Both the position numbers and the translations under genes were made by a program. The notes beneath the pieces are model-generated. The model saw only the letters and a program-made list of their open reading frames with translations, was not told where the DNA came from and made no database searches. This document shows, in pieces, positions 1-11,084 of a stretch of DNA of 64,000 nt (the first letter of the stretch is position 1; each line of letters opens with the position of its first letter). The stretch lies in the NCBI RefSeq assembly GCF_002116905.1, contig NZ_CP015118.1, positions 4,548,351-4,612,350 of the forward strand. Reading direction: 5' to 3'. Source of the DNA: Piscinibacter gummiphilus (GTDB lineage Bacteria > Pseudomonadota > Gammaproteobacteria > Burkholderiales > Burkholderiaceae_C).

Positions 1-1917
1 GCGCGTGATGGCCACGTACATCAGCCGGCGCTCCTCCTCGATGCCGTTGATGTCGGCCACGCTCTTCTCGTTCGGGAACAGCCCTTCCTCGAGGCCGGTG
101 ATGAACACCGCGTCGAACTCGAGGCCCTTGGCCGCGTGCACGGTCATCAGCTGGATGGCGTCCTGCCCGGCCTGTGCCTGGTTGTCGCCGGCCTCGAGCG
201 AGGCGTGCGTGAGGAAGGCCGCGAGGGGCGACATGATCTCGCCGGTCTCGGCGTCGGGCGTGAGGTCCACGGCGGCCACGGCCACCGGGAGGCCCTCGGC
301 CAACGCGCCGGCGTGTTCGTCCACCGGCAGGGCCACGGCGTCCTTGCCGAAGCCTTCCTGCGTGACGAAGGCCTCCGCGGCGTTGACCAGTTCCTCCAGG
401 TTCTCGAGGCGGTCCTTGCCGTCCTTGTCCGTCGTGTAGAACGTGACGAGGCCCGAGTGGTGCAGCATGTGCTCGATGATCTCGCGCAGCGTGAGGCCGC
501 GCGTGCCCTCGCGCATCGCGTCGATCAGGGCCACGAAGCCCTGCAGGTTCGAGCCGCTCTTGCCGGCCACCGCGCCCACGCTCTGGCTCAGGCTGCGGCC
601 GCTGGTGCGGGCGGCGTCCTGCAGCTGCTCGACGCTGCGCGCACCGATGCCGCGTGCGGGGAAGTTCACCACGCGCAGGAAGCTGGTGTCGTCGTTCGGG
701 TTCTCGATCAGGCGCAGGTAGCTCAGCGCGTGCTTCACCTCGGCGCGTTCGAAGAAGCGCAGGCCGCCGTACACCTTGTACGGCACGCCGGCATTGAACA
801 GCGCGCTTTCCATCACGCGGCTCTGCGCGTTGCTGCGGTACAGCAGCGCGATGTCGCTGCGGTTCACGCCGTCCCGGTGCAGCTGTTTCGCCTCGTCGAC
901 GAACCACTGGGCCTCGGCGAAGTCGCTCGTGGCCTCGAACACCCGCACCGGTTCGCCGGGGCCGGCCTCGGTGCTGAGGTTCTTGCCGAGGCGCTTGGAG
1001 TTGTGGGCGATCAGTTCGTTGGCCGCGTCGAGGATGTTGCCGAACGAGCGGTAGTTGCGCTCGAGCTTGATGACCTGCTGCACCTTGAACTCGCGTTCGA
1101 AGTCGGTCATGTTGCCCACCTGGGCGCCCCGGAACGCGTAGATGCTCTGGTCGTCGTCACCCACCGCGAACACCGCGGTGTGGGGGCCGGCGAACATCTT
1201 CAGCCACGCGTACTGAAGCTTGTTGGTGTCCTGGAACTCGTCGACGAGGATGTGGCGGAAGCGGTGCTGGTAGTGGTCGCGCAGCGCGGCGTTGTCGCGC
1301 AGGATCTCGTACGTGCGCAGCATCAGCTCGGCGAAGTCGACCACGCCCTCGCGCTGGCACTGGTCTTCATAGGCCTGGTACACCTCGGCGAGCACGCGGC
1401 TCTGCGCGTCGTGCACCTCGATGTCGCCCGGGCGCAGGCCCTCTTCCTTGGCGCCGGCGATGGCCCAGGTGATCTGCTTGGGGACGTACCGTTCCTCGTC
1501 GAGGTTCATCGCCTTGATCACCCGCTTCACGGCCGACAGCTGGTCGGCCGAGTCGAGGATCTGGAAGCCCTGCGGCAGCCCGGCGAGTTTCCAGTGCGCC
1601 CGCAGGAAGCGGTTGCACAGGCCGTGGAACGTGCCGATCCACATGCCCCGCACGGGCATCGGCAGCATCGCGCCCAAGCGGGTGAGCATTTCCTTCGCGG
1701 CCTTGTTCGTGAAGGTCACCGCCATCACGCCGCCGGGCGACAGCTGGCCGGTCTGGATGAGCCACGCGATGCGGGTGGTCAGCACCCGGGTCTTGCCCGA
1801 CCCCGCCCCGGCCAGGATCAGCGCGGGACGCGCCGGGAGCGTGACGGCCGCGAGCTGTTCCGGATTCAGGTTGTGCAGCAGCGGGGACGTCGGATCGGAG
1901 GAAACAGGGGAATGCAT
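1..1917 (-). CDS. uvrD: DNA helicase II UvrD (partial; C-terminus runs off the window start)
   Basis: Reverse-strand translation from ATG at 1917 gives MHSPVSS...LILAGAGSGKTRVLTTRIAWL (Walker A, UvrD-like IAWL) ...VGDDDQSIYAFRGA..., and near position 1 TVHAAKGLEFDAVFITGLEEGLFP and ERRLMYVAITRA (helicase motifs V/VI). No in-frame stop occurs before the window edge, so the six-frame track does not list it. Confidence 0.9.
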   Translation of the reverse strand, partial: MHSPVSSDPTSPLLHNLNPEQLAAVTLPARPALILAGAGSGKTRVLTTRIAWLIQTGQLSPGGVMAVTFTNKAAKEMLTRLGAMLPMPVRGMWIGTFHGLCNRFLRAHWKLAGLPQGFQILDSADQLSAVKRVIKAMNLDEERYVPKQITWAIAGAKEEGLRPGDIEVHDAQSRVLAEVYQAYEDQCQREGVVDFAELMLRTYEILRDNAALRDHYQHRFRHILVDEFQDTNKLQYAWLKMFAGPHTAVFAVGDDDQSIYAFRGAQVGNMTDFEREFKVQQVIKLERNYRSFGNILDAANELIAHNSKRLGKNLSTEAGPGEPVRVFEATSDFAEAQWFVDEAKQLHRDGVNRSDIALLYRSNAQSRVMESALFNAGVPYKVYGGLRFFERAEVKHALSYLRLIENPNDDTSFLRVVNFPARGIGARSVEQLQDAARTSGRSLSQSVGAVAGKSGSNLQGFVALIDAMREGTRGLTLREIIEHMLHHSGLVTFYTTDKDGKDRLENLEELVNAAEAFVTQEGFGKDAVALPVDEHAGALAEGLPVAVAAVDLTPDAETGEIMSPLAAFLTHASLEAGDNQAQAGQDAIQLMTVHAAKGLEFDAVFITGLEEGLFPNEKSVADINGIEEERRLMYVAITR

Positions 1918-2015
1918 TCCCGCATTCTATTGAGCCGCGGCTGGCCCGAACGAGGGAGCCAGATCCGTTCCTTTTTGGCTGGACACTCGCCGTTTTTGGG
2001 ATTATTTTCCCAATT

Positions 2016-2852
2016 GTGTCCGAAACGCCCACCCTGCCCCGCGCCCTCGAACAGGCGCTGACCCGCCTGTTGCGTCCGCTGTGCCGGCTGATGCTGCGGC
2101 ACGGCATGTCCTTCGGCGCCTTCCAGGCGGTGGCCAAGCGGACGTACGTCGACGTGGCCATGACCGAGTTCGCCCTGCCCGGCAAGAAGCCGTCGATCTC
2201 CCGGGTGTCGATCCTGTCGGGCCTCACCCGCAAGGAGGTGCAGCGGCTGCTCGCCGAACCCGCCGAGGCCGATGCCGTCGGCGCCGAGCGCTACAACCGC
2301 GCCTCGCGGGTGCTGACCGGCTGGGTGCGCGACAGCGACTACAACGACCCCCAGGGCCAGCCCCGGGCGTTGCCCGTGGAGGGCGATGCCAGCTTCGCCA
2401 CGCTGGTGCGCCGCCACAGCGGCGACATGCCGGCGCGGGCGGTGCTCGACGAACTGATGCGGGTGGGCGCGGTGCGCCGCCTCGACGACGCGCGCGTGGC
2501 GCTGGTCGCCCGCGCCTACGTGCCGCAGGCGAGCGTCACCGACAAGCTGCACATCCTCGGCACCGATGTGGCCGACCTGATCGGCACCATCGACCACAAC
2601 CTCGTCCACGGCGCGGCACAACCCCGCTTCCAGCGCAAGGTGCTGTACCACGCCATCCCGGCCGAGGCCGCCCCTGCGTTCCACGCCCTGGCGGCCGCCG
2701 AATCGCAGGCCCTGCTGCTGCGCCTCGACCGCTGGCTGGCCGCGCACGACACCGCCTCCCCCACCGATGCGCGCGTGCGCATCGGCCTGGGCATCCATGC
2801 CGTCGAGGAGGCCGTGCCGGCCGGCCTCGCGACCGAAAGCCACGCCCCATGA
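2016..2852 (+). CDS. hypothetical protein
   Basis: 278-aa ORF with balanced, non-repetitive composition, unlike the Arg/Pro/Gly-rich overlapping frames. Its TGA stop overlaps the ATG of the next gene (ATGA). Confidence 0.5.
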   Translation: MSETPTLPRALEQALTRLLRPLCRLMLRHGMSFGAFQAVAKRTYVDVAMTEFALPGKKPSISRVSILSGLTRKEVQRLLAEPAEADAVGAERYNRASRVLTGWVRDSDYNDPQGQPRALPVEGDASFATLVRRHSGDMPARAVLDELMRVGAVRRLDDARVALVARAYVPQASVTDKLHILGTDVADLIGTIDHNLVHGAAQPRFQRKVLYHAIPAEAAPAFHALAAAESQALLLRLDRWLAAHDTASPTDARVRIGLGIHAVEEAVPAGLATESHAP

Positions 2853-4048
2853 GCCTCCGCGATTTCACACCGGCCGCGCTGGCCGCCTCCCTGCTGCTCA
2901 CCGCCTGCGGTGGCGGAGGGAACACGGGAGGCGGAGGCGGCATCGGCGGCACGGGCGGCACCATGCGCCTGTCGATCACCGACGCCCCGGCCTGCGGCTA
3001 CGACACACTGCACGTGACGATCGAGCGCGTGCGCGTCCACCAGAGCGCAAGCGCCGCTGACGGCGACGCCGGCTGGTCCGAGATCGTGCTGTCGCCCGCC
3101 CGCCGCATCGACCTGCTCACGCTCACCAACGGCACGCTTGCGGACCTCGGCGAAGTCACGCTGCCCGCAGGGCGCTACACGCAGGTCCGGCTCGTGCTCG
3201 CCGACAACGCCGCGGCGGGTGTTCCCGCCAACGCGGTGCGGCCCACCGGCAGCCCCGAGACGGCGCTCACCACGCCGTCGGCCCAGCAGCCGGGCGGCCT
3301 CAAGCTCGCCGCGGGCATCGACGTGACCGAGGGCCAGGTGGCGGAAGCGGTGCTCGATTTCGACGCCTGCAAGTCGATCGTGCGCCGGGGCACCGCGGGC
3401 CAGTACAACCTGAAGCCGGTCATCTCCGTCATCCCCGTGCGCGCGGGCGGCGGCGACCGCCTGATCTCCAGCCAGCGGGTCACCGGCTACCTCGATCCGT
3501 CGATCGCCGCCGGCGCCTCGGTGTCGATGCAGCTCGACGGCGTGCCCGTGAAGGCCACGGTGCCCGACCCCGCCGGCCGCTTCGTGCTGTACCCGGTGCC
3601 CGTGGGCACGTACGACCTCGTGGTGACGGCGCCCGGCCGCGCGGTCGCCGTGGTGTCGGGTGTGCCCGTCTCCGCTTCGTCCGAGACACGCCTCAACGAC
3701 GCCTCGCACCCGGTGCTGCCACCGACGAGCTCGCCCCGCGCCGTCACGGGCCGCGTCCAACCGCCCACGGCCACGGTGCGGGCCTTGCAGACGGTGCCCG
3801 GCGGCCCCGCGGTCGAAGTAGCCTGGGGTCCGGTCGACGCGGGCTCGGGCGACTTCGATCTCTCGGTGCCCGTCGGCCTGCCCGTGCGCGCGGTCTACGC
3901 CCGCCCGCCGGCGATGCTCGACTTCGCCGTCAACCTCGCCGGCACGCCGTCGGCCCGCATCGACGCCCGTTCCGACGGCGCACGCCAGACGCTCGACATC
4001 GACCCCACGGCCACCACGGTGCCGCCGGCCAACTTCAGCTTCCCCTGA
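2849..4048 (+). CDS. putative lipoprotein (signal peptide with lipobox, Gly-rich linker, beta-rich body)
   Basis: MSLRDFTPAALAASLLLTAC followed by GGGGNTGGGGGIGGTGG. This is the in-frame internal start of track ORF 2081..4048, whose N-terminal 256 aa are out-of-frame junk across the previous gene. Confidence 0.6.
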   Translation: MSLRDFTPAALAASLLLTACGGGGNTGGGGGIGGTGGTMRLSITDAPACGYDTLHVTIERVRVHQSASAADGDAGWSEIVLSPARRIDLLTLTNGTLADLGEVTLPAGRYTQVRLVLADNAAAGVPANAVRPTGSPETALTTPSAQQPGGLKLAAGIDVTEGQVAEAVLDFDACKSIVRRGTAGQYNLKPVISVIPVRAGGGDRLISSQRVTGYLDPSIAAGASVSMQLDGVPVKATVPDPAGRFVLYPVPVGTYDLVVTAPGRAVAVVSGVPVSASSETRLNDASHPVLPPTSSPRAVTGRVQPPTATVRALQTVPGGPAVEVAWGPVDAGSGDFDLSVPVGLPVRAVYARPPAMLDFAVNLAGTPSARIDARSDGARQTLDIDPTATTVPPANFSFP

Positions 4049-4061
4049 ACGGCGGCCTCGC

Positions 4062-4565
4062 GTGAAACATCCCTGGATCCACGACCACCCCGCGCTGGCG
4101 CGCCCGGTGCCGGACGCCGCGGCCGGCATCGAGGTCGTCGAGATCGTGCACCCCGAGCGCTTCTGCTTCGGCGCCGAGACGCGAAGCCCGGCCTCCCCCG
4201 CGCAGGCCCGCATCCTGATCCTGGACACGCTGGCCCACCTCGCCGCGATCACGGCGTCCATGCTCACCGACCTCGGGTACGAGGCCCGCTGGTGCATCGA
4301 CAGCCGCGACGTCATCGAACACCTCGACCGCGACGCGGCCTGCGACCTCCTGGTCGCCCCGGCCTTGAACCCGACGCTGGACGCCGGCCTCGCGCTGGCC
4401 CGCGCGGCCCAGGCCCGCCAGCCCGCGCTGCGCATCCTGCTCACGCACGGCTCGGCGCAGGACGTGGGCACGGCGCCCTTCGAGCGACTGGCCAAGCCCT
4501 ACAGCCAGACCAAGCTGCACCACAAGGTGCGCCAGGTGCTGGTAGCCCCGCCCGGCACGCCGTAA
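4062..4565 (+). CDS. receiver-like (CheY-like) domain protein, probably degenerate
   Basis: ILILDT ... CDLLVAP ... ILLTHGS ... KPY lie at the positions of receiver-domain acidic pocket, phospho-Asp, Thr and Lys. The DD pair is replaced by DT. No output domain. Confidence 0.45.
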   Translation: MKHPWIHDHPALARPVPDAAAGIEVVEIVHPERFCFGAETRSPASPAQARILILDTLAHLAAITASMLTDLGYEARWCIDSRDVIEHLDRDAACDLLVAPALNPTLDAGLALARAAQARQPALRILLTHGSAQDVGTAPFERLAKPYSQTKLHHKVRQVLVAPPGTP

Positions 4566-4592
4566 GGATTTCCAAGCGGCGTAGAATTCGTC

Positions 4593-4623
4593 ACCGGGCC
4601 CAAATTTTGGTGCCCGGTTTTTT
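4593..4623 (+). terminator. Rho-independent terminator candidate after the receiver-like gene
   Basis: Stem ACCGGGC/GCCCGGT with a 12-nt loop followed by TTTTTT, directly after the TAA stop at 4563-4565. Confidence 0.5.
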
Positions 4624-4691
4624 GTTTCCGGCGCCCGCCGGAGGGAACCGGGTTTTCCAGGTCAAGCGCTCGCATTTCAAGGAGCGACTCA

Positions 4692-5669
4692 ATGGAAATC
4701 TTCGACTACGACAACGTCCTGCTGCTGCCCCGCAAGTGCCGCGTGGAAAGCCGGTCCGAGTGCGATGCCTCCGCCGAGCTGGGCGGGCGCACCTTCAAGC
4801 TGCCGGTGGTGCCGGCCAACATGAAGACGGTGGTGGACGAACCCCTCACCGAGTGGCTCGCCGCCAACGGCTACTTCTACGTGATGCACCGCTTCGACCT
4901 CGACGCCGTGGCCTATGCCACGCGCATGCGCGAGAAGAACCTGTTCGTCTCGATCAGCTCCGGCGTGAAGGCGGAGGACTACGCCGTGATCGACCGCCTC
5001 GCCGCGAGCGGCGTGGGCGCCGACTACATCACCATCGACATCGCGCACGGCCACGCCGAGAGCGTGCGCAAGATGATCGAGCACATCAAGGCGAAGCTGC
5101 CGGACACCTTCGTGATCGCCGGCAACGTGGGCACGCCCGAGGCCGTGATCGACCTCGAGAACTGGGGCGCCGACGCCACCAAGGTGGGCATCGGCCCGGG
5201 CAAGGTCTGCATCACGCGCCTGAAGACCGGTTTCGGCACCGGCGGCTGGCAGCTGAGCGCGCTGAAGTGGTGTGCCCGCGTGGCCACCAAACCCATCATC
5301 GCCGACGGCGGCATCCGCGACCACGGCGACATCGCCAAGAGCGTGCGCTTCGGCGCCGCGATGGTGATGATCGGCTCGCTGTTCGCGGGCCACGAGGAAT
5401 CGCCCGGCAAGACGGTGGAGGCCGACGGCAAGCTCTTCAAGGAGTACTACGGCTCGGCCAGCGACTTCAACAAGGGCGAGTACAAGCACGTCGAGGGCAA
5501 GCGCATCCTCGAGCCCATCAAGGGCAAGCTGGCGGACACGCTGCGCGAGATGCGCGAGGACGTGCAGAGCTCGATCAGCTACGCCGGCGGCACGAAGCTC
5601 GCCGACATCCGCAAGGTGAACTACGTGATCCTCGGCGGGGACAACGCGGGCGAGCACCTGCTGATGTGA
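4692..5669 (+). CDS. guaC: GMP reductase
   Basis: [16 protein letters not shown]...SECD...KLPVVPANM...ITIDIAHGH...[11 protein letters not shown]...GGW..ADGGI...[16 protein letters not shown]; near-collinear with Bacillus-type GuaC (about 326 aa). AAGGAG RBS 8 nt upstream. Confidence 0.9.
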   Translation: MEIFDYDNVLLLPRKCRVESRSECDASAELGGRTFKLPVVPANMKTVVDEPLTEWLAANGYFYVMHRFDLDAVAYATRMREKNLFVSISSGVKAEDYAVIDRLAASGVGADYITIDIAHGHAESVRKMIEHIKAKLPDTFVIAGNVGTPEAVIDLENWGADATKVGIGPGKVCITRLKTGFGTGGWQLSALKWCARVATKPIIADGGIRDHGDIAKSVRFGAAMVMIGSLFAGHEESPGKTVEADGKLFKEYYGSASDFNKGEYKHVEGKRILEPIKGKLADTLREMREDVQSSISYAGGTKLADIRKVNYVILGGDNAGEHLLM

Positions 5670-5679
5670 GCCCCGCGCC

Positions 5680-5759
5680 GTCATCCCGGCGGAAGCCGGG
5701 ACCCACTGGCGGCACCGCGCGCAGGATCCGCAGTGGGCCCCGGCGTTCGCCGGGGTGAC
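5680..5759. repeat. REP/BIME-like pair of inverted palindromic repeats (family copy 1)
   Basis: GTCATCCCGGCGGAAGCCGGGAC at 5680-5702 and CAGTGGGCCCCGGCGTTCGCCGGGGTGAC at 5731-5759. Each is a GC hairpin, and the two are inverted relative to each other. The same 29-mer recurs at 12008-12036. Confidence 0.6.
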
Positions 5760-5773
5760 CACCGTTTCGGGAA

Positions 5774-7099
5774 TCAGTCCGCGATCATCCCCGACCGCTG
5801 CCCCGGCTCCACGACGACCCGGTCCAGCGCCCGCAGGGGCCGCACCAGCGCGGACGACGGCTGCACCGGGCACGACCCGGTCTGCAGGTACGACAGCGCG
5901 GCCGCCGTGAGCGTTTCCGTCGCGTCGCCCAGGTTCTTCGAGAAGTCGTCCTTCACGGCGCAGGTGAGCGGCAGACCGCTGTAGTACTTGCCCTGGCCGG
6001 CGGCATTCAGGCTCTCGAAGTTGACGAGGCTGTAGACGTTGTCGCACACGTCCTGCGGCGAGAAGCCCACCGGCTTGCCGCAGCTGGCGCTGCCGATGGT
6101 GACCACGGTGGCGTACGGCTTCAGGCCGTTGACGACCATCTCGCTCGCCGAGCACGTGCGCGGGCCGGTCAGCACCACCACGCGCGGGAACGCGGTGCTG
6201 CCCTGGTTCGTGAAGGTGTAGTTCGCGTCGCGCAGCCCGCTGATGGGGTTGTAGGCCAGCCGCGTGAACAGAGCTCCCGCCCGTGTGGCGCCGGTCACCA
6301 GCGACCCGAGGTGGGTGGCCGTGGAGACGCGGCCGCCGCCGTTGTAGCGCAGGTCGAGGATGAGTTCGGTGGCACCCGCCTGGCGGAACTGGGTGATGGC
6401 CGCGGTCAGCGGGGCTTCGGCCTGCGTGACGAAATCCTTCAACGACAGGTAGCCCGCCTTCGCGCCGCCGGGCAACGTGAACACGGTGTTGGCCGTGACC
6501 GGCACGAGGTTGTAGCGGGCGCCGGTGAGCGTGACCGTGCGCTGCGCGCCGTTGGTCTCGAGCACGAGCGTCAGCACGTCGCCCTCGCGGGTGGGCGACA
6601 GCGAGGCGAAGTTGCCCGACTGCACGAGCTGCGAGGCCGCGATGCCGTTGGCGGCCACGACCGTGTCGCCGCGGGACACGCCCGCGGTGGCCGCCGGGCT
6701 GCCCGGGTCGACGTACCGCACCTTCAGCGGCAGCGTGCCCTCGGTGCCGTTGACGGAGACGCCGTAGCCGAGCGTGCGCCCCTCGACGAAGAACTCGTCG
6801 AAGGCGGAGCGGCTCTCGATGTAGCTGAAGCGGTCGCGCGGTTCGCTGGCATCGCCCTGGAACCGCAGCGCGTCGAGGTAGGCCTCGGGGTCGGCGTACC
6901 CCTCGGGCGACGGCGTGGGCGACTTGCCGGCCCAGAAGTAGTACTTCGCCATTTCGCCGCGCAGCCAGAGCTTCTCGTTGTTGATGGTGCACGCGAAGGA
7001 CTTGCCGTCCTCGTAGTAGTCGTAGTCGTCGTCATCGCCGCCGCAGCTGGCCAGCAGGGCGAGCGCCGCGCAGGCCGCCGTTCGAAGCAGAAATCGCAT
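5774..7099 (-). CDS. S41 family peptidase lipoprotein (tail-specific protease-like)
   Basis: [21 protein letters not shown] lipobox; S41 core [11 protein letters not shown] ... [11 protein letters not shown]. Only the last 441 aa of track ORF 5774..9211 are real; the upstream part is antisense to valS. Confidence 0.75.
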   Translation of the reverse strand: MRFLLRTAACAALALLASCGGDDDDYDYYEDGKSFACTINNEKLWLRGEMAKYYFWAGKSPTPSPEGYADPEAYLDALRFQGDASEPRDRFSYIESRSAFDEFFVEGRTLGYGVSVNGTEGTLPLKVRYVDPGSPAATAGVSRGDTVVAANGIAASQLVQSGNFASLSPTREGDVLTLVLETNGAQRTVTLTGARYNLVPVTANTVFTLPGGAKAGYLSLKDFVTQAEAPLTAAITQFRQAGATELILDLRYNGGGRVSTATHLGSLVTGATRAGALFTRLAYNPISGLRDANYTFTNQGSTAFPRVVVLTGPRTCSASEMVVNGLKPYATVVTIGSASCGKPVGFSPQDVCDNVYSLVNFESLNAAGQGKYYSGLPLTCAVKDDFSKNLGDATETLTAAALSYLQTGSCPVQPSSALVRPLRALDRVVVEPGQRSGMIAD

Positions 7100-7219
7100 G
7101 CAGGATCCTCCAGAGACCTCCCACGATATCAGCCCGGCGGCGGCACCTACAATCGACCCTTCCCCCGTTTCAGCCTGTTTCACCGAACCACCCCGCCCGG
7201 GGGCGTCCGGACCCGCACC

Positions 7220-10015
7220 ATGACCGAACTCGCCAAATCGTTTGAGCCCGCCGCCATCGAAGCCCGCTGGGCCCCGCTGTGGGAGCAGAGCGGCCTGTAC
7301 GAACCCACGCTCGACGCGTCGAAGCCGTCGTTCGCGATCCAGCTGCCGCCGCCCAACGTCACGGGCACGCTGCACATGGGCCATGCGTTCAACCAGACGA
7401 TCATGGACTCGCTCACGCGCTACCACCGCATGCGCGGGCACAACACGCTGTGGGTCCCTGGCACCGACCACGCCGGCATCGCTACGCAGATCGTGGTCGA
7501 GCGCCAGCTGCAAGACAAGGGCCAGAGCCGCCACGACCTCGGCCGCAAGAACTTCGTCGCCCGCGTGTGGGAGTGGAAGGAACAGAGCGGCTCCACCATC
7601 ACCCAGCAGATGCGCCGCATGGGCGACTCGGTGTCGTGGAAGCACGAGTACTTCACGATGGACCCGAACCTGTCGGCCGTCGTCACCGAAACCTTCGTGA
7701 AGCTGTACGAGGAAGGCCTGATCTACCGCGGCAAGCGCCTCGTGAACTGGGACCCGGTGTTGCGCTCGGCCGTGTCCGACCTGGAAGTGTCGAGCGAGGA
7801 GGAGGACGGTTCCCTCTGGCACATCCGCTACCCCCTGGCCGACGGCTCGGGCGAGGTGGTGGTCGCCACCACGCGCCCCGAGACCATGCTGGGCGACGTG
7901 GCCGTGATGGTGCACCCGGAGGACGAGCGCTACACCGCCCTCATCGGCCGTGAGGTGAAGCTGCCGCTCGTGGGCCGCAACATCCCCGTGATCGCCGACG
8001 AATACGTCGACCGCGAGTTCGGCACCGGCGTCGTGAAGGTCACCCCGGCCCACGACACGAACGACTACGCCGTGGGCCAGCGCCACAAGCTGCCGATGAT
8101 CGGCGTGCTGAACCTCGACGCCACCGTCAACGACAACGCCCCCGAGGCCTACCGCGGCCTCGACCGCTTCGTGGCCCGCAAGCGCGTGGTGGCCGACCTG
8201 GAGGCGCAAGGCTTCCTCGTCGAGGTCAAGAAGCACAAGCTGATGGTGCCGCGCTGCGAGCGCACCGGCCAGGTCATCGAGCCCATGCTGACGGACCAGT
8301 GGTTCGTCGCCATGACCAAGGCCGGCGCCGACGGCACGAGCATCGCGCAGAAGGCCATCGACGTGGTCGAGAGCGGCGAGGTCAAGTTCTTCCCCGAGCA
8401 GTGGGTCAACACCTACAACCAGTGGATGAAGAACATCCAGGACTGGTGCATCTCGCGCCAGCTGTGGTGGGGCCACCAGATCCCGGCCTGGTACGGCACG
8501 GGCGGCGAACTCTTCGTCGCACGCGACGAGGCGGAAGCCCGCGCGAAGGCCACGGCCGCCGGCTACACCGGTGAACTGACCCGCGACGAGGACGTGCTCG
8601 ACACGTGGTACTCGTCGGCCCTCGTGCCCTTCTCGTCGCTCGGCTGGCCGAACAAGACGAAGGAACTCGACCTCTTCCTGCCCTCCTCCGTGCTGGTCAC
8701 GGGCTTCGACATCATCTTCTTCTGGGTCGCCAGGATGATCATGATGACGAAACACTTCACCGGCCAGGTGCCGTTCCGCCACGTCTACATCCACGGCCTC
8801 GTGCGCGACTCGCAGGGCAAGAAGATGAGCAAGTCGGAAGGCAACGTGCTCGACCCGGTCGACCTGATCGACGGCATCGCGCTCGGCCCCCTGCTCGACA
8901 AGCGTGTGGTGGGCCTGCGCAAGCCGGAGACGGCGCCGCGCGTGCGCAAGGACACCGAGAAGGAATTCCCGGACGGCATCCCCGCGTTCGGCGCCGATGC
9001 GCTGCGCTTCACGTTCGCGTCGCTCGCCAGCCTGGGCCGCAACATCAACTTCGACAGCAAGCGCTGCGAGGGCTACCGCAACTTCTGCAACAAGCTCTGG
9101 AACGCCACGAAGTTCGTGCTGATGAACTGCGAAGGCCAGGACTGCGGCGTCGACGAGTCGAAGCCGGTGGAACTGTCCCCATCCGACCGCTGGATCATCG
9201 GCGAGCTGCAACGCGTGGAGGCCGAGACCGCGAAGGGCTTTGCCGAGTACCGCCTCGACAACGTCGCCACCGCGCTGTACCAGTTCACCTATGAGTACTG
9301 CGATTGGTACGTCGAGATCGCCAAGGTGCAGATCCAGACCGGCAACGAGGCGCAGCAGCGCGCCACGCGCCGCACGCTGATCCGCACGATCGAGACGCTG
9401 CTACGCCTGCTGCACCCCATCACGCCGTTCGTCACGGCCGAGCTGTGGGAACGCGTGGCGCCGGTGGCCGGCCGCGCGGGCCCGAGCATCGTCACGGCGA
9501 AGTACCCCGAGGCCGACCTGTCCCGCATCGACCCGGAAGCCGACGCCTGGGTGGCCAAGCTGAAGCAGGTCGCGAGCGCCTGCCGCGTGCTGCGCAGCGA
9601 GATGCAGTTGCAGCCCGGCAACCGCGTGCCGCTGAACACCTTCGGAGACCGCGAGTTCCTGACCGCCGCGGCGCCGCTGCTGAAGGCGCTGGCGAAGCTG
9701 TCGGAGGTCAACGTGCTGGCCGACGAGGCCGCGTTCGTGGCGGCCACCAGCCTGTCGCCGGTGACCAACGTGGGCGACGCCCGCCTCGCCCTGCACGTCG
9801 AGATCGACGTGGCCGCCGAGCGGGTGCGCGTCGGCAAGGAGATCACGCGCCTGGAAGGCGAAGTCGCCAAGGCGCAGGCCAAGCTGTCGAACGAGAGTTT
9901 CGTGGCCCGGGCCAAGCCCGAGGTGGTGGATCAGGAGCGCGCGCGCATCGCCGACTTCACGGCGACTCTGGCTCGGCTGCGAGATCAAGCGGCTCGCCTG
10001 GCGCAGTCGGCCTGA
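7220..10015 (+). CDS. valS: valine--tRNA ligase
   Basis: [17 protein letters not shown]...[15 protein letters not shown] (HIGH region) ...KMSKSEGN (KMSKS) and a C-terminal coiled coil; 932 aa. Track ORF 6311..10015 begins at a spurious upstream start. Confidence 0.95.
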   Translation: MTELAKSFEPAAIEARWAPLWEQSGLYEPTLDASKPSFAIQLPPPNVTGTLHMGHAFNQTIMDSLTRYHRMRGHNTLWVPGTDHAGIATQIVVERQLQDKGQSRHDLGRKNFVARVWEWKEQSGSTITQQMRRMGDSVSWKHEYFTMDPNLSAVVTETFVKLYEEGLIYRGKRLVNWDPVLRSAVSDLEVSSEEEDGSLWHIRYPLADGSGEVVVATTRPETMLGDVAVMVHPEDERYTALIGREVKLPLVGRNIPVIADEYVDREFGTGVVKVTPAHDTNDYAVGQRHKLPMIGVLNLDATVNDNAPEAYRGLDRFVARKRVVADLEAQGFLVEVKKHKLMVPRCERTGQVIEPMLTDQWFVAMTKAGADGTSIAQKAIDVVESGEVKFFPEQWVNTYNQWMKNIQDWCISRQLWWGHQIPAWYGTGGELFVARDEAEARAKATAAGYTGELTRDEDVLDTWYSSALVPFSSLGWPNKTKELDLFLPSSVLVTGFDIIFFWVARMIMMTKHFTGQVPFRHVYIHGLVRDSQGKKMSKSEGNVLDPVDLIDGIALGPLLDKRVVGLRKPETAPRVRKDTEKEFPDGIPAFGADALRFTFASLASLGRNINFDSKRCEGYRNFCNKLWNATKFVLMNCEGQDCGVDESKPVELSPSDRWIIGELQRVEAETAKGFAEYRLDNVATALYQFTYEYCDWYVEIAKVQIQTGNEAQQRATRRTLIRTIETLLRLLHPITPFVTAELWERVAPVAGRAGPSIVTAKYPEADLSRIDPEADAWVAKLKQVASACRVLRSEMQLQPGNRVPLNTFGDREFLTAAAPLLKALAKLSEVNVLADEAAFVAATSLSPVTNVGDARLALHVEIDVAAERVRVGKEITRLEGEVAKAQAKLSNESFVARAKPEVVDQERARIADFTATLARLRDQAARLAQSA

Positions 10016-10934
10016 ACTCGGGCGGCGCCACCGGCGTCGCCATGAGCAGCTCGTCGATGCGGCGGGCCACGGCCCACGCGCTGCGCAGCCGCGACTCGCG
10101 CGTGGTGCTGGCCAGGCGTGGCGTGATCTGCAGGTTGCCGATGCCGTGCAGCGGGCGGCCCTCGTCGAGGGCGCCCGGCTCCAGGCTGTCGATCCAGCCG
10201 GCGGCCATGCGGCCGCTGCGCAGTGCGTCGGCGAGCGACTTCTCGTCGAACACGCCGGAGTGGGACACGCTCACCATCACCTGGTTCGGCTTGCACCACG
10301 GCAGCAGCCGCTCGCCGATCAGGCCCTGGTAGCGCGTGAAGTAGTTCAGCTGCACGGCGAGTGCGTCGCTCGTCTCGATCAGTTCGCGCAGCGGCATGGG
10401 GGCCACCTTCCAGCGGTCCCAGACGCCGTCGCTCGCGTGCAGCGAGGGCTCGTAGCCGATCACCCGGCAGCCGAAGCCGCTCAGCATCGAGGCCATCGCG
10501 CGCGCGGCCGGCGGCATGCCGATCAGGCCCACCGTGCACGCGCCCAGCTCGCGGCCCACGCGCATGCCGTCGGCGCCCTCCACGGGCACCCGGCGCAGCA
10601 TGGAGAGGATGGCGCCGATCATGAACTCGGCCTCGGCCTGGGCGGTGGCGGTGGCGCTGCGCACCACCTCGATGCCGGCGCGCTGGCAGGCTTCGGCATC
10701 GATGTTCTCGGCGCCGCTGTTGATGCGGCCCACGGCGCGCATCATGGGGGCGAGCGGCAGGGTCTTCGCGCCGAAGGCCACGGACGCGGGGAGGATCAGC
10801 GCGCGCACGTTGCACAGGGCGAGGCGGAAGGCCTTCAGGTCCTGGGCCAGTTCGGGTGCGTAGCGCACCGTGTGCCGCGACTCGAGCCACTGCCTGACTT
10901 CCGCGTCCAGCGTGTCGACGATCAGCAAGTCCAT
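9957..10934 (-). CDS. D-isomer-specific 2-hydroxyacid dehydrogenase family protein
   Basis: [10 protein letters not shown] start; [26 protein letters not shown] is a Rossmann NAD-binding segment typical of the family. The first 43 aa of the track ORF are discarded. Confidence 0.6.
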   Translation of the reverse strand: MDLLIVDTLDAEVRQWLESRHTVRYAPELAQDLKAFRLALCNVRALILPASVAFGAKTLPLAPMMRAVGRINSGAENIDAEACQRAGIEVVRSATATAQAEAEFMIGAILSMLRRVPVEGADGMRVGRELGACTVGLIGMPPAARAMASMLSGFGCRVIGYEPSLHASDGVWDRWKVAPMPLRELIETSDALAVQLNYFTRYQGLIGERLLPWCKPNQVMVSVSHSGVFDEKSLADALRSGRMAAGWIDSLEPGALDEGRPLHGIGNLQITPRLASTTRESRLRSAWAVARRIDELLMATPVAPPEFRPTAPGEPLDLAAEPESP

Positions 10935-11084
10935 AGGGTTGTCACGCAGTCTCGGTAAAACGGCCGGGCCGGATTCCTGTTCCGGGCCATGACACAATGT
11001 TTTTTCTGGGTCGCTGACCGCTGACCCACGCTCACCCACCTGATCACCCGCTCGTCCACTCACCCACTCGAAACGCTGCGCACC

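Noticed and set aside
136-2061. 641-aa plus-strand ORF and other long ORFs over the first 2 kb
   Set aside because: They lie opposite the uvrD helicase, which has unmistakable helicase motifs on the minus strand. Their composition is antisense-like.
2516-4495. 659-aa minus-strand ORF (and 2536..2979, 3487..3774)
   Set aside because: They are antisense to the lipoprotein gene 2849-4048 and to gene 2016-2852, and are His/Arg/Gly-rich with no recognisable domain.
4624-4691. Possible riboswitch or attenuator in the guaC leader (second hairpin CCGGCGCCCGCCGG)
   Set aside because: It is too short and lacks conserved purine-riboswitch core motifs. It probably just forms part of the upstream terminator region.
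4292-6992. Overlapping long ORFs 4292..5758 (+) and 4689..6992 (-)
   Set aside because: They are out-of-frame or antisense overlaps of guaC and the S41 peptidase. guaC is unambiguous by motif content.
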